A DNA stretch of 58,661 nt, counting the filler, from an uncultured Myxococcia bacterium (lineage in GTDB: Bacteria > CAZTWC01): NCBI GenBank assembly GCA_964617105.1. It is 2 parts of 2 records of this genome, joined end to end, with 100 filler letters (N's around TTAATTAATTAA, not from the genome) between each part and the next. Parts side by side here need not be neighbours in the genome. Positions count along the whole stretch, not along the records: positions 1 to 29,333 come from CAZTWC010000011.1; 1 more part is not named here. One strand, given 5' to 3'. A model generated the notes under the pieces. That model was not told the origin of the DNA. It saw only the letters and a list, made by a program, of their open reading frames with translations, and made no database searches. The first letter of the stretch is position 1. The number at the start of each line of letters is the position of its first letter. Below are positions 9,943 through 18,338 of this stretch, one piece after another. Made by a program: the position numbers and the translations under genes.

Positions 9943-10008
9943 GGATTACCCGGCGGAGAGGCCTATAATCATTGCGCTAACTCCCTCTCCGCGGGGTAAC
10001 CCTCTTTT
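9943..10008 (+). terminator. Long GC-rich hairpin, probable terminator or 3' stabiliser of the sigma54 transcript
   Basis: GGATTACCC-GGCGGAGAGG ... CCTCTCCGC-GGGGTAACC followed by CTCTTTT. Confidence 0.6.
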
Positions 10009-10009
10009 A

Positions 10010-10049
10010 ACCACTTTGTCCTTCGGACATTTCCCCCTGACAGGGGGAA
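10010..10049 (-). repeat. REP-like double-hairpin unit (other copies 17365-17405, partial 4983-4999 and 35902-35921)
   Basis: Reverse complement TTCCCCCTGTCAGGGGGAAATGTCCGAAGGACAAAGTGGT versus CTCCCCCTGCCAGGGGGAGATGCCCGAAGGGCAGAGGGGGT, with compensatory changes. Confidence 0.8.
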
Positions 10050-10406
10050 TCTTCCCCTTTGTCCTGCAATAAAAATTATTCTTAAATCAGAACAAAAAGT
10101 CTTCAAACCACCTTTGAATCTATTTTATCGTAATAGAATTTCCGGTCAAGTGGAAAAAACAACAAATAAAAGTCAAGGTGAAACCAGAGAGAGGATTTCG
10201 ATAAGGGGTAATTTTCCAAAAATATCTTAAATAATTGAGCAAACCATGCTAAATTATCTGAGAAAATAACCCTTATCCTAATTTAGGGCTTGCTCAAAAA
10301 TTAGTTCGCACAAATTGGGTTAATTGTAACATATTGTAAATCATATTTTTCGGTCCCAGATTTGACGCCTTGGTGAGCCCTTAAGACGGTTTTACTGGAG
10401 AATCAG

Positions 10407-11045
10407 ATGTATATTTTGGGAAATTCGAGCCACCACAGATCCATAATAGCTGTGGCTGTGGCTCTGTTTTTATCGTTTTTTTGTTTCAGTTGTAAAGATC
10501 GGGGTAAAATGACGGCCATACCTTTTGCTGATAATTTTAACCGGGACAAACTGGGAGACCACTGGTACTCGGCCGTGCAAAACTGGTGGATAGAAAAGGG
10601 GCAAATATTCTCTCCCAGCGCCACCAACAACTGTCTCTGGCTCAATGCTGAATTACCCGACCCGGTGATGATCACCATGGATGCCCGCTCAGAGAGTATG
10701 TCCGGAGATATCAAATTTCTTATCTTTGGCAACGGCCGTGACTTTGACAGCGGGTATTCTTTTATTTTTGGCGGTTGGGAAAACAGCATCTCCATCATCA
10801 GCCGGATGGATGAACATGGCTCTGACCGGAAGGAGAAACGGGAGAAAAAGGTGGAAATAAACCGCACCTACCAGATGAAAGTGATAAAAAAAGGGGGCAG
10901 TATCAAGTGGTGGATAGACAACCAGTTGTTCATGGATTACCACGACTCGCAACCTCTTTTTGGACCAGATCACAACCGCTTCGCTTTTTGTAATTGGAAA
11001 AGCCACCTATATTTCGATAATTTACAAATTCGGCCGCTTGAATAA
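10407..11045 (+). CDS. Probable lipoprotein with concanavalin A/LamG-like beta-sandwich domain
   Basis: Signal peptide ending FSC; FADNFNR start and YFDNLQI end typical of this fold; GGAG RBS. Confidence 0.6.
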   Translation: MYILGNSSHHRSIIAVAVALFLSFFCFSCKDRGKMTAIPFADNFNRDKLGDHWYSAVQNWWIEKGQIFSPSATNNCLWLNAELPDPVMITMDARSESMSGDIKFLIFGNGRDFDSGYSFIFGGWENSISIISRMDEHGSDRKEKREKKVEINRTYQMKVIKKGGSIKWWIDNQLFMDYHDSQPLFGPDHNRFAFCNWKSHLYFDNLQIRPLE

Positions 11046-11046
11046 A

Positions 11047-11529
11047 ATGCTTACTCCTGATCTATTGGAAACAAAATTGAAAACCCCTTTCCCCTGTATG
11101 ATAAGCGCCTGTTTGGCAGGAGAAGCCTGCCGTTATGACGGAAAAGAGAAACTGAACCACCCGGTAATGGATTTACTGGCCAAATACCAAAAACCATATC
11201 TGCTTTTTTGCCCGGAACAGCAAGCCGGCATGGGCGTGCCGCGGCCGCCAATCAGGCAGCATGTTGCCAACAATAAAACTATCGAGATATTAGATAAAAA
11301 TGGCCGTAACTGGACAAAACAGATGGAAAAAAGCGCTCACCAATGCCTTTTATTCGCCAAGCAGAACCAGGTGGACCTGGTAATCTTTAAGGAAAAAAGT
11401 CCCTCTTGCGGGGTAAAATTCAGTGTATTCAGCCACGGAGTACAACCTCGGCCTGGTTTTGTGGCCAGACAGTTATTAGCCGCAAAATTTCTACTGATCT
11501 CTGAGGAGGAGATAGTTTCCATCCGATAA
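11047..11529 (+). CDS. DUF523 (2-thiouracil desulfurase-like) protein
   Basis: ISACLAGEACRYDG, FCPE..AGMGVPRPP, KEKSPSCG motifs; start reassigned to ATG 11047. Confidence 0.85.
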   Translation: MLTPDLLETKLKTPFPCMISACLAGEACRYDGKEKLNHPVMDLLAKYQKPYLLFCPEQQAGMGVPRPPIRQHVANNKTIEILDKNGRNWTKQMEKSAHQCLLFAKQNQVDLVIFKEKSPSCGVKFSVFSHGVQPRPGFVARQLLAAKFLLISEEEIVSIR

Positions 11530-11553
11530 TTCACTTCGTCGCTGCAGAAGGGC

Positions 11554-12426
11554 TTACTCTTTCTTCGTCACTTTAAAGGAAAGCGCCACGTCAACAATTC
11601 CCAGGGGAGTTTCCACCTTAAAAAGGAGGTTTTGCATATCCTTTGGTAGTTGGATAGGACCGTGGCTGTTTTCGAACATCTCCGGTATACCAATCTCAGA
11701 ATAGATACCGTTGTCCGAAAGACTGGCAGCAATATTACCGCAAATGATGTTAATAATTTCAGCCATTACATCATTTTCAGTCAACCCTTCCGGCAGCCCC
11801 TCATCAGAAAAGCAGTAGTTACAAGCGTGATTTAAAATTTGTTTATTGGTATTGACAATATACTGCCCTTGAAATTCGCCTTCAAACCCCAGGGAAACTG
11901 CCAGAAAAGAAGGTTCCACCTGGTCGCAAAACAGATACCAACTGTGCAATTTGGCAGGTAAGTTTAACAAGCGTAAAAACATTTTAATAGTGATATTAAA
12001 AATCACTTCTAAAATTTCGGCATGTTCTAGAGCGCTGGGGAGTTTGCGTACTTCTGGTTCAAACTCCTTCTCGGTTTCATTAAATTCAAGCAACTCCTTT
12101 GCCACCATCTCTTTACCGATAGCACCGGTATTAATTAGTGCTTCGCCGATAAATATGTGATCATATTGTTGCTGATTCAGCAATTGTTGCACCTGCTCCC
12201 GGGATAAGATCTTCATCTCTACGGCCAACTCGCCAAAGAACATATCCTTACAGTGCTGCTCAATGGTTATCTTCTCAAGTTGTTCTTTAGTTATCAACCC
12301 TTTTTTCAAGGCATAATCTCCCAACCTCAGGTTGGTTTCTTGCTGAAATTTTATTGCGGCTTCCAGTTCATCGTAAGTAATAAGTCCTTTTTCTAAAAGA
12401 TAGATACCAAAAAATCTGCTACTCAT
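11554..12426 (-). CDS. CheX-like phosphatase with four N-terminal MshEN-like repeats
   Basis: FFGIYLLEKGLIT, RLGDYALKKGLIT, FFGELAVEMKILS, FIGEALINTGAIG; C-terminal EIINIICGN (ExxN) followed by IGIP. Confidence 0.75.
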   Translation of the reverse strand: MSSRFFGIYLLEKGLITYDELEAAIKFQQETNLRLGDYALKKGLITKEQLEKITIEQHCKDMFFGELAVEMKILSREQVQQLLNQQQYDHIFIGEALINTGAIGKEMVAKELLEFNETEKEFEPEVRKLPSALEHAEILEVIFNITIKMFLRLLNLPAKLHSWYLFCDQVEPSFLAVSLGFEGEFQGQYIVNTNKQILNHACNYCFSDEGLPEGLTENDVMAEIINIICGNIAASLSDNGIYSEIGIPEMFENSHGPIQLPKDMQNLLFKVETPLGIVDVALSFKVTKKE

Positions 12427-12474
12427 TTTTACCCATCCCTATTAAATAGTATGTGTTACTTGAATGATCACTAG

Positions 12475-13851
12475 TTATAAATTATTCCCTCTTTTCAGAG
12501 AGTATGTATTGATTTTTTTATGCAGGTTAGTACGCTCTATACCTAAAACTTCTGCAGTTTGTTTGATATTCCATTTATTCTCTTCCAGTTTGTCCTGGAT
12601 ATAGCCTTTTTCCACCTCTTCCCGCAATTCCCGCAAAGTCAGGGTGCCCCCCAGGCGCTGCAAACCGGGGATACTTTTCCGGTTCAGGTCGGCGGGTAGA
12701 TCCTCAGGACCAATACTCTCCCCGCTTAAGATCACCATCCGCTCAATTACATTTTTTAACTCCCGGACATTACCAGGCCAAGTGCATTGGCGAAGTTTAT
12801 TTAAAACTATGTCGTCCATCTGTTTGATTTTGTAGCCATTTTCTCGACAGAAAAACTTAACAAACTCTTCCGCCATCACCGGGATATCTTCCAAATGCTG
12901 GCGTAAAGGCGGGGTGTTAATCGGGACTACATTCAAACGGAAATATAGATCTTCTCGAAAATTATCTTTGGTTATCTCATCCTGTAAATTTTTGTTGGTT
13001 GCTGCGATCAGACGGATATCTACCCGATGTGAACTTTCTCCTCCGACTCTGGTTATCTCGCTGGTTTGCAAAACCCGTAACACCTTGGCCTGGGCGCTTA
13101 GACTCATATCGGCGATCTCATCTAAAAACAGAGTTCCCTGGTGTGCCAATTCAACCTGTCCCATTTTTTTCTTGGTTGCCCCGGAAAAGGCACCCTTCTC
13201 ATAGCCAAAAAGTTCACTCTCAATCAACTCTGATGGTATGGCCGCACAGTTGACCTTGACAAAGGGTCCATCTTTTCTGGTGGAATTACGGTGAATAGCC
13301 CTGGCCACCAACTCTTTGCCGGTTCCGCTTTCACCAGTAATAAGCACCCTTCCCTGGGAAGGCGCCACCTTGGCTATAATATCAAACAACTCTTGCATGC
13401 ACAAACTCTTGCCGATCATCTCAAAGCGCTGTTCCGATTCATATATCAGATGGTGCATTTTACGCTCAAGCCTAAGTTTATCCAGGCAATTGCGAACTGC
13501 CAAAAGAACCAGTTCCCGGTTCAGAGGTTTTTCAAAAAAATCGTATGCACCTAGTTGGGTAGCCTGAACTGCATCCTGGATGGATGCATGACCAGAGATC
13601 ATAACCACCGGTAGATCGGGAAAATCCTTTTTAATATGTTTTAGCGCCTCCAACCCGTCCATTTTAGGTAAACGGATATCTAAAAGTACCATGTCTATGG
13701 CGCTGTCACTATCCGCCAATAGTTTCAATCCATCCTCAGCACTGCCGGCAGTGCTGACACCATAACCTTCTCCTTCCAGGATCATGGCCAAAGTGCGGCA
13801 AATGTTTTTTTCATCATCAACCACTAAAATGTTGAAGGGATCTTGCATCAC
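12475..13851 (-). CDS. Sigma54-dependent response regulator (NtrC/NtrX family)
   Basis: REC (VVDDE, LDIRLP, EKP), GESGTGKE, ELFGYEKGAFSGA, WPGNVRELKN, C-terminal HTH. Confidence 0.93.
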   Translation of the reverse strand: MMQDPFNILVVDDEKNICRTLAMILEGEGYGVSTAGSAEDGLKLLADSDSAIDMVLLDIRLPKMDGLEALKHIKKDFPDLPVVMISGHASIQDAVQATQLGAYDFFEKPLNRELVLLAVRNCLDKLRLERKMHHLIYESEQRFEMIGKSLCMQELFDIIAKVAPSQGRVLITGESGTGKELVARAIHRNSTRKDGPFVKVNCAAIPSELIESELFGYEKGAFSGATKKKMGQVELAHQGTLFLDEIADMSLSAQAKVLRVLQTSEITRVGGESSHRVDIRLIAATNKNLQDEITKDNFREDLYFRLNVVPINTPPLRQHLEDIPVMAEEFVKFFCRENGYKIKQMDDIVLNKLRQCTWPGNVRELKNVIERMVILSGESIGPEDLPADLNRKSIPGLQRLGGTLTLRELREEVEKGYIQDKLEENKWNIKQTAEVLGIERTNLHKKINTYSLKRGNNL

Positions 13852-15290
13852 AATTGCCTAATCAATTTCTCTTTTATCTTGGTTTTTATTTCATGGTCGG
13901 AACAAACGCCAAGCGCCCTTTCCCACATCTCAAAACTCTTTTTCTTAAACCCCATTTTTTCATAGAGAAGAGCCAAATTGTTTAAGGCGGAAAAATGGTC
14001 GGGCGCCAGTTCAATGGTTTTTTCTAACTCAGCAATAGCACCGTAGGAATCATTTAACCTAATATAGGCGCTAGCCAGATAAAAATGGAACTTATTTGCA
14101 AAGGGATCACAATCCAACCCTTTTTTAAACAAACCGATGGCGGTTTCAAAATTCTGGTTTTGATAATGATAGAGTCCCTGCTTAAAGCATTGTTCTCTTT
14201 TTTGGTAAATATCTTCTCCCAGAACATCTTTTTCCCCCTCAATCTTCTCGGAATCATTGATCAATTCTCTTATTTTTTGAAGAAGCAATTGGGGGTTAAA
14301 AGGCTTCTCCAGGAAACTATCCGCCTTGTAAACCGACTTTATATCCTGCTCATACCGCCAACCTTTATAAGCAGCGGTTATCATAATAATAGGAATATAG
14401 CCATACTGTTTGCTATTTTTAAGGCGCTGACAAACATCAAATCCATGCAGGCCAGGCAACATGGCGTCTAAAACTATCAAATCGGGTATTTGTTTAGATA
14501 CCTCTTCCAGGCCAGCATGGCCGGTAGCAGCTTCAGTAACATGAAAATTACTGGTTTCCAATTTTAGGCGTAGAATGTTTCTGATATCATTGTCATCGTC
14601 TACTACTAAAATAGTCGGTTTGGTCCGCTTCTGCCCAACTTTTAACCCATCTGGCTTTTCAATATCTTTCTCCCCCGCCAACCCGGGTGTGTCATACTCT
14701 AACTCTTTAACCGAAATTGCCATAGATGATGGCGTCTTGCTAACTTTTATCTCCTCTTTGATGTTCTGAGAAAGAGGAATAATTTTCAGGCTACATTCAC
14801 GTTTATCCTCATCCCGGCTAGACTCACTACCGATAAAATATTCATCATCTCCGGTCTGCATTTTAAAAAAGGCACTTTCAATGGTATCTTTCAGACTGAT
14901 TTGCAAGGCTATATAGGGGCATATTTTTTTTCCTGACACAAAGGAAAGATCATCAATAATGTTCAACTTGTGTGGGTCTACCATGGCCAGGTGGATAAAC
15001 TCGTCATCTACCTTAAAGGGAACTACTGAATATTGCTGGGTTATCTTTTTAGGAAAGGTTTTAAAATTATCCAGATAAAAAACCGATTCTTTTAGTATAA
15101 TAGCCGGACAACCAACCTGTTGACTCAGGCTTTCTAACAACTCCTCTTCGCTGAGAAATCCCAAAATAAGACACTGCGATGCCAGCCGGCCGCCGAATTG
15201 CTTTTGCCTACCCAAAGCGCTTTGCAACTGATTTTTGTCAATTAATTGTTTGGATAAAAGGATTTGTCCAATTCGTTTTTTCGGCTCCAC
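13848..15290 (-). CDS. MshEN/GspE-N domain + receiver + TPR protein
   Basis: RIGQILLSKQLID..QLQSAL, LAMVDP, REC (VVDDD, LDAMLP, EKP), C-terminal TPR helices. Confidence 0.8.
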   Translation of the reverse strand: MEPKKRIGQILLSKQLIDKNQLQSALGRQKQFGGRLASQCLILGFLSEEELLESLSQQVGCPAIILKESVFYLDNFKTFPKKITQQYSVVPFKVDDEFIHLAMVDPHKLNIIDDLSFVSGKKICPYIALQISLKDTIESAFFKMQTGDDEYFIGSESSRDEDKRECSLKIIPLSQNIKEEIKVSKTPSSMAISVKELEYDTPGLAGEKDIEKPDGLKVGQKRTKPTILVVDDDNDIRNILRLKLETSNFHVTEAATGHAGLEEVSKQIPDLIVLDAMLPGLHGFDVCQRLKNSKQYGYIPIIMITAAYKGWRYEQDIKSVYKADSFLEKPFNPQLLLQKIRELINDSEKIEGEKDVLGEDIYQKREQCFKQGLYHYQNQNFETAIGLFKKGLDCDPFANKFHFYLASAYIRLNDSYGAIAELEKTIELAPDHFSALNNLALLYEKMGFKKKSFEMWERALGVCSDHEIKTKIKEKLIRQL

Positions 15291-15295
15291 AATTT

Positions 15296-16045
15296 TTAAT
15301 CATCCTCATCGTCATCGTCATCGTCACCAAGCCCTTCGAGAATGTCGTCGATAAAACCCTGGCCGATACCATCACTACTACTTTTCGATTCCTGCAGTTT
15401 ATCCAACATCTCCCGTTTCTTTTCCAAAGTTTCTTCCGGGTTTTCATCCATCTCTATACCGAAAATCACCAGAAGTTCCAAGATTTTATTTTCAATTTCA
15501 TCCACCAGTTGGACGATTTTTTTAATTTTTTGTCCGGTCAAATCCTGAAATGAAAGTGTGGTAAGTATCTCCAGCAACTCACCTCTATTCTCTTCGTTAA
15601 TATCTTCTATGACCTGGAGATTTTCTACAAAATCGGTATCCTTATCCACCAAATAATTGTCATAAATTTTGCGGAGGTTCTCAATCTCCTCGGCTATAAT
15701 ATCCCGATCCTCCATGAATTTCTCAGCAATGGACATTATTTTATGGGCCGCCTTCTCCGTGGCATCGGTAATACTGGATAGTTGCATCGATGCCTGAGGA
15801 ATAAGTTGGGAACTCTCCCTAATGGTGGGATCCAGCACCCGCAGACTTTGCCTGGTTTTGTTGATATAATCTGCTAATTTGCCCAATTCACCCCTCATAT
15901 GGACATTTGCCTCTCGATAATAATCACCCTCAGACATGGCCTTGGCCATATTCACCAAACCCGTCAAAGAGGAATGGCCAGCCTCGGCCATTTTTTCAAG
16001 TCGTTTGGTTTTCGCTATTAGTTTATCTTTTATATCTTCACTCAT
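15296..16045 (-). CDS. cheZ: CheZ-family phosphatase
   Basis: ITDATEKAAHKIM, LSFQDLTGQKIKK (DxxxQ), C-terminal QGFIDDILEGLG; start set at ATG 16045. Confidence 0.85.
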   Translation of the reverse strand: MSEDIKDKLIAKTKRLEKMAEAGHSSLTGLVNMAKAMSEGDYYREANVHMRGELGKLADYINKTRQSLRVLDPTIRESSQLIPQASMQLSSITDATEKAAHKIMSIAEKFMEDRDIIAEEIENLRKIYDNYLVDKDTDFVENLQVIEDINEENRGELLEILTTLSFQDLTGQKIKKIVQLVDEIENKILELLVIFGIEMDENPEETLEKKREMLDKLQESKSSSDGIGQGFIDDILEGLGDDDDDDEDD

Positions 16046-16123
16046 ATTTTTTACCCAGGTAATTGATGGATAAAACCGGGAAATCACGTTTTTCCCAGGT
16101 ATTTGCTAACAAAATTTAATCAT

Positions 16124-16157
16124 GAAAAGAATTCCCGGGATTTCAATGCCGGGTTGA
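16124..16157. repeat. 34-nt palindromic repeat, inverted copy at 18301-18334
   Basis: GAAAAGAATTCCCGGGATTTCAATGCCGGGTTGA matches the reverse complement of 18301-18334 at 32 of 34 positions. Confidence 0.75.
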
Positions 16158-16392
16158 TTAACTATTGAACATAACACTATATTACTATTACTTCAAGCTA
16201 TTACCTGAAAAACATAAAACTTTGCTTCCTGAAGTCATCACATTTCTCTAAAGTTTTTTTATTTTAATTACAACCTGGCTGTAATGTCTCAAGGCAGACT
16301 TTTTTCTTTTACTTTTTTATCTATTCTATTACATTGGACATGAAATTGGGGGGGGCAATAAAAGTATTAACAATTTTTACGGGAGACACAAC

Positions 16393-17265
16393 ATGACGGA
16401 AAAAGATGAAGGCTTAAACAGAGAAGTTATTGGCAAAAAATATGGCCGGAAGCCAATAGAAGCCACCCGGGAAATGATGCAAAAATATGCTTTGGCAACT
16501 AACGACCAAAACCCCTGGTATCTGGATGACAACCGGGAAGGTGGAATAGTGGCGCCTCCTCTGTTTGCTATGAAACTGTTGGTGGAGGTAATGTTCGACA
16601 TCATAACCGACCCGGAACTTAACGCCGACATGCTGCGCCTGGTGCACGGGGAGCAGGATATGACTTTTTTTAGTCCCATTAGGCCAGGTGATGTCTTAGA
16701 GCCCAGGGGTGAAATTATATCCATTGCCGATAAATCTTCGGGACAGTTGTGTATATCCAGATTATCTCTATATAAAAATGATAACCTTTTTATTGATGCT
16801 AACGCATCATTTTTTATCAGAGCCAAAAAGAAACCCGGAGATAAACCAAAAACTAAAAAAGAGAAAAAACCAGCGCCGGCTCTGCCTGAATTTATTTTCA
16901 ACGAACCAATGAAAGTGACTGAAGACCAACCTTACCGCTATGCTGAAGCATCAGGTGACAACAATCCCATCCATATTAACCCAGAAGTAGCCTTGAAGGC
17001 GGGGTTGGGAGGTATCATTTTGCAAGGACTCTGCACCATGGCTTTTAGTTCTCAGGCAGCGATCAAACACCCGGGACAGGGTGATCCCACCAAACTGCAT
17101 CGTTTGAAATTACGCTTTTCCGGTATTGTCAGACCCAAAGATGAATTAATTACCCAGGGGTACCCTATGGATGAGAAAGATGGAACCCTAATCTACGGTT
17201 TCAGAACCATAAACCAGGAAGAAAAAGAGGTCCTCAGTTCCGGAATAGCAGAGATCAAGAAGTAG
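16393..17265 (+). CDS. Double hot-dog MaoC-family (R)-enoyl-CoA hydratase/dehydratase
   Basis: LVHGEQD and YAEASGDNNPIHINP...GIILQGLCT motifs. Confidence 0.88.
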   Translation: MTEKDEGLNREVIGKKYGRKPIEATREMMQKYALATNDQNPWYLDDNREGGIVAPPLFAMKLLVEVMFDIITDPELNADMLRLVHGEQDMTFFSPIRPGDVLEPRGEIISIADKSSGQLCISRLSLYKNDNLFIDANASFFIRAKKKPGDKPKTKKEKKPAPALPEFIFNEPMKVTEDQPYRYAEASGDNNPIHINPEVALKAGLGGIILQGLCTMAFSSQAAIKHPGQGDPTKLHRLKLRFSGIVRPKDELITQGYPMDEKDGTLIYGFRTINQEEKEVLSSGIAEIKK

Positions 17266-17283
17266 TGACTTGGTTCACACGGG

Positions 17284-17475
17284 AAGAATCCGGAGGCGCT
17301 TCACCTGCTTCCCTAAAGGGATCACCTGCGGCGTAGGCGCAGGAATAAAATTCCCGCAGGAAGACTCCCCCTGCCAGGGGGAGATGCCCGAAGGGCAGAG
17401 GGGGTACTAAAGATAATACGCCGAGGACAATTTTATTCCCTGCAACAACGCTGGTGAAGATGCATCCGAATTCTT
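17284..17475. repeat. Composite palindromic intergenic repeat, copy 2, with two inserted hairpin units
   Basis: Collinear with 5091-5213 plus inserts CTTCCCTAAAGGGATCACC and CTCCCCCTGCCAGGGGGAGATGCCCGAAGGGCAGAGGGGG. Confidence 0.85.
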
Positions 17476-18226
17476 AGTTGCAGCCTTTCCAGCCGCCGGG
17501 CATACAATCAACCTTCCCCGCGGCATAAAACTCTTCTGGGCCAGTGGGGCACTTTATATTAACTGAGCCATCCCGGTTGATCTTGACCACCGTTTTCTTG
17601 CCACTACCCCGCATATACTCGATTATTGCAGTGGTCTGAGAGAAGAGTGAACTACCCTGCTGTTGATGCTCCAAAAAACTAAAGCATAAAGCTGTGTCTT
17701 TACCCCGGGCTGTTCCTTGCACACCGGTTGAGGAACCCTGCAACTGAAGACGCTCCCCAGACTTCCAGGTTATGGTCTCTGAACTGAACCCAGAGGTGTG
17801 GCTGCAACTGCCAGCCGGCTGAAAACAGGACAGCACCAAAGCCAGGCAACTTTCACGAAAGGTACTCCGGTCCACATCAGTACAGGCAGGATAACCAGCG
17901 GTTACCGTTTTCAGAGAGGGTTTGGTTTGGCTACCTCCACCTCCAGGATTAGTAGTAGTGCTGCTGCCGGTAGTGGTGCTATCCTGGCCCTGATCACCGG
18001 TATCTATCGAGCCCTCCTGCCCTGAACCACCCTCCACGTCAGAACCGGATTTATCGCTGTCACCACCGCCTATTACCACATCGGCTCCGCCGCCAACTTT
18101 ACTGGTGCCACCTGTTTGGTTCTTTCCTTCGGAGGTGCCTGGTCCACTACTTTCAGAGGAACCGCAGTAGGCTAAAACCAGTGCCAACATAAAAGCGGCC
18201 AGTATGATAAGGGCATTCTTTTTCAT
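17474..18226 (-). CDS. Cys-containing lipoprotein with Gly/Ser/Thr linker, paralog of 18339-19025
   Basis: MKK signal, LAYC lipobox; ACT.....F..SC.....SCF.P.GSC, TW.SGE, KCP.G.EE.Y shared with the neighbour. Confidence 0.75.
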   Translation of the reverse strand: MKKNALIILAAFMLALVLAYCGSSESSGPGTSEGKNQTGGTSKVGGGADVVIGGGDSDKSGSDVEGGSGQEGSIDTGDQGQDSTTTGSSTTTNPGGGGSQTKPSLKTVTAGYPACTDVDRSTFRESCLALVLSCFQPAGSCSHTSGFSSETITWKSGERLQLQGSSTGVQGTARGKDTALCFSFLEHQQQGSSLFSQTTAIIEYMRGSGKKTVVKINRDGSVNIKCPTGPEEFYAAGKVDCMPGGWKGCN

Positions 18227-18300
18227 CGGAAACTCCTTCCCAAGTAAAACCAGAAACACTCCGCCCGGAAAGCAACTAGAACCCTCAAGTATTTAAGAAG

Positions 18301-18334
18301 TCAACCCGGCATTAAAATGCCGGGAATTCTTTTC
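18301..18334. repeat. 34-nt palindromic repeat (possible terminator), inverted partner of 16124-16157
   Basis: CCCGGCAT-TAAA-ATGCCGGG perfect hairpin. Confidence 0.7.
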
Positions 18335-18338
18335 GTTC

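Noticed and set aside
9663-9968. Stop-codon readthrough frame from ATG 9663 through TAA 9714
   Set aside because: TAA is the commonest stop here, ATG 9663 has no RBS, and there is no sign of an alternative genetic code
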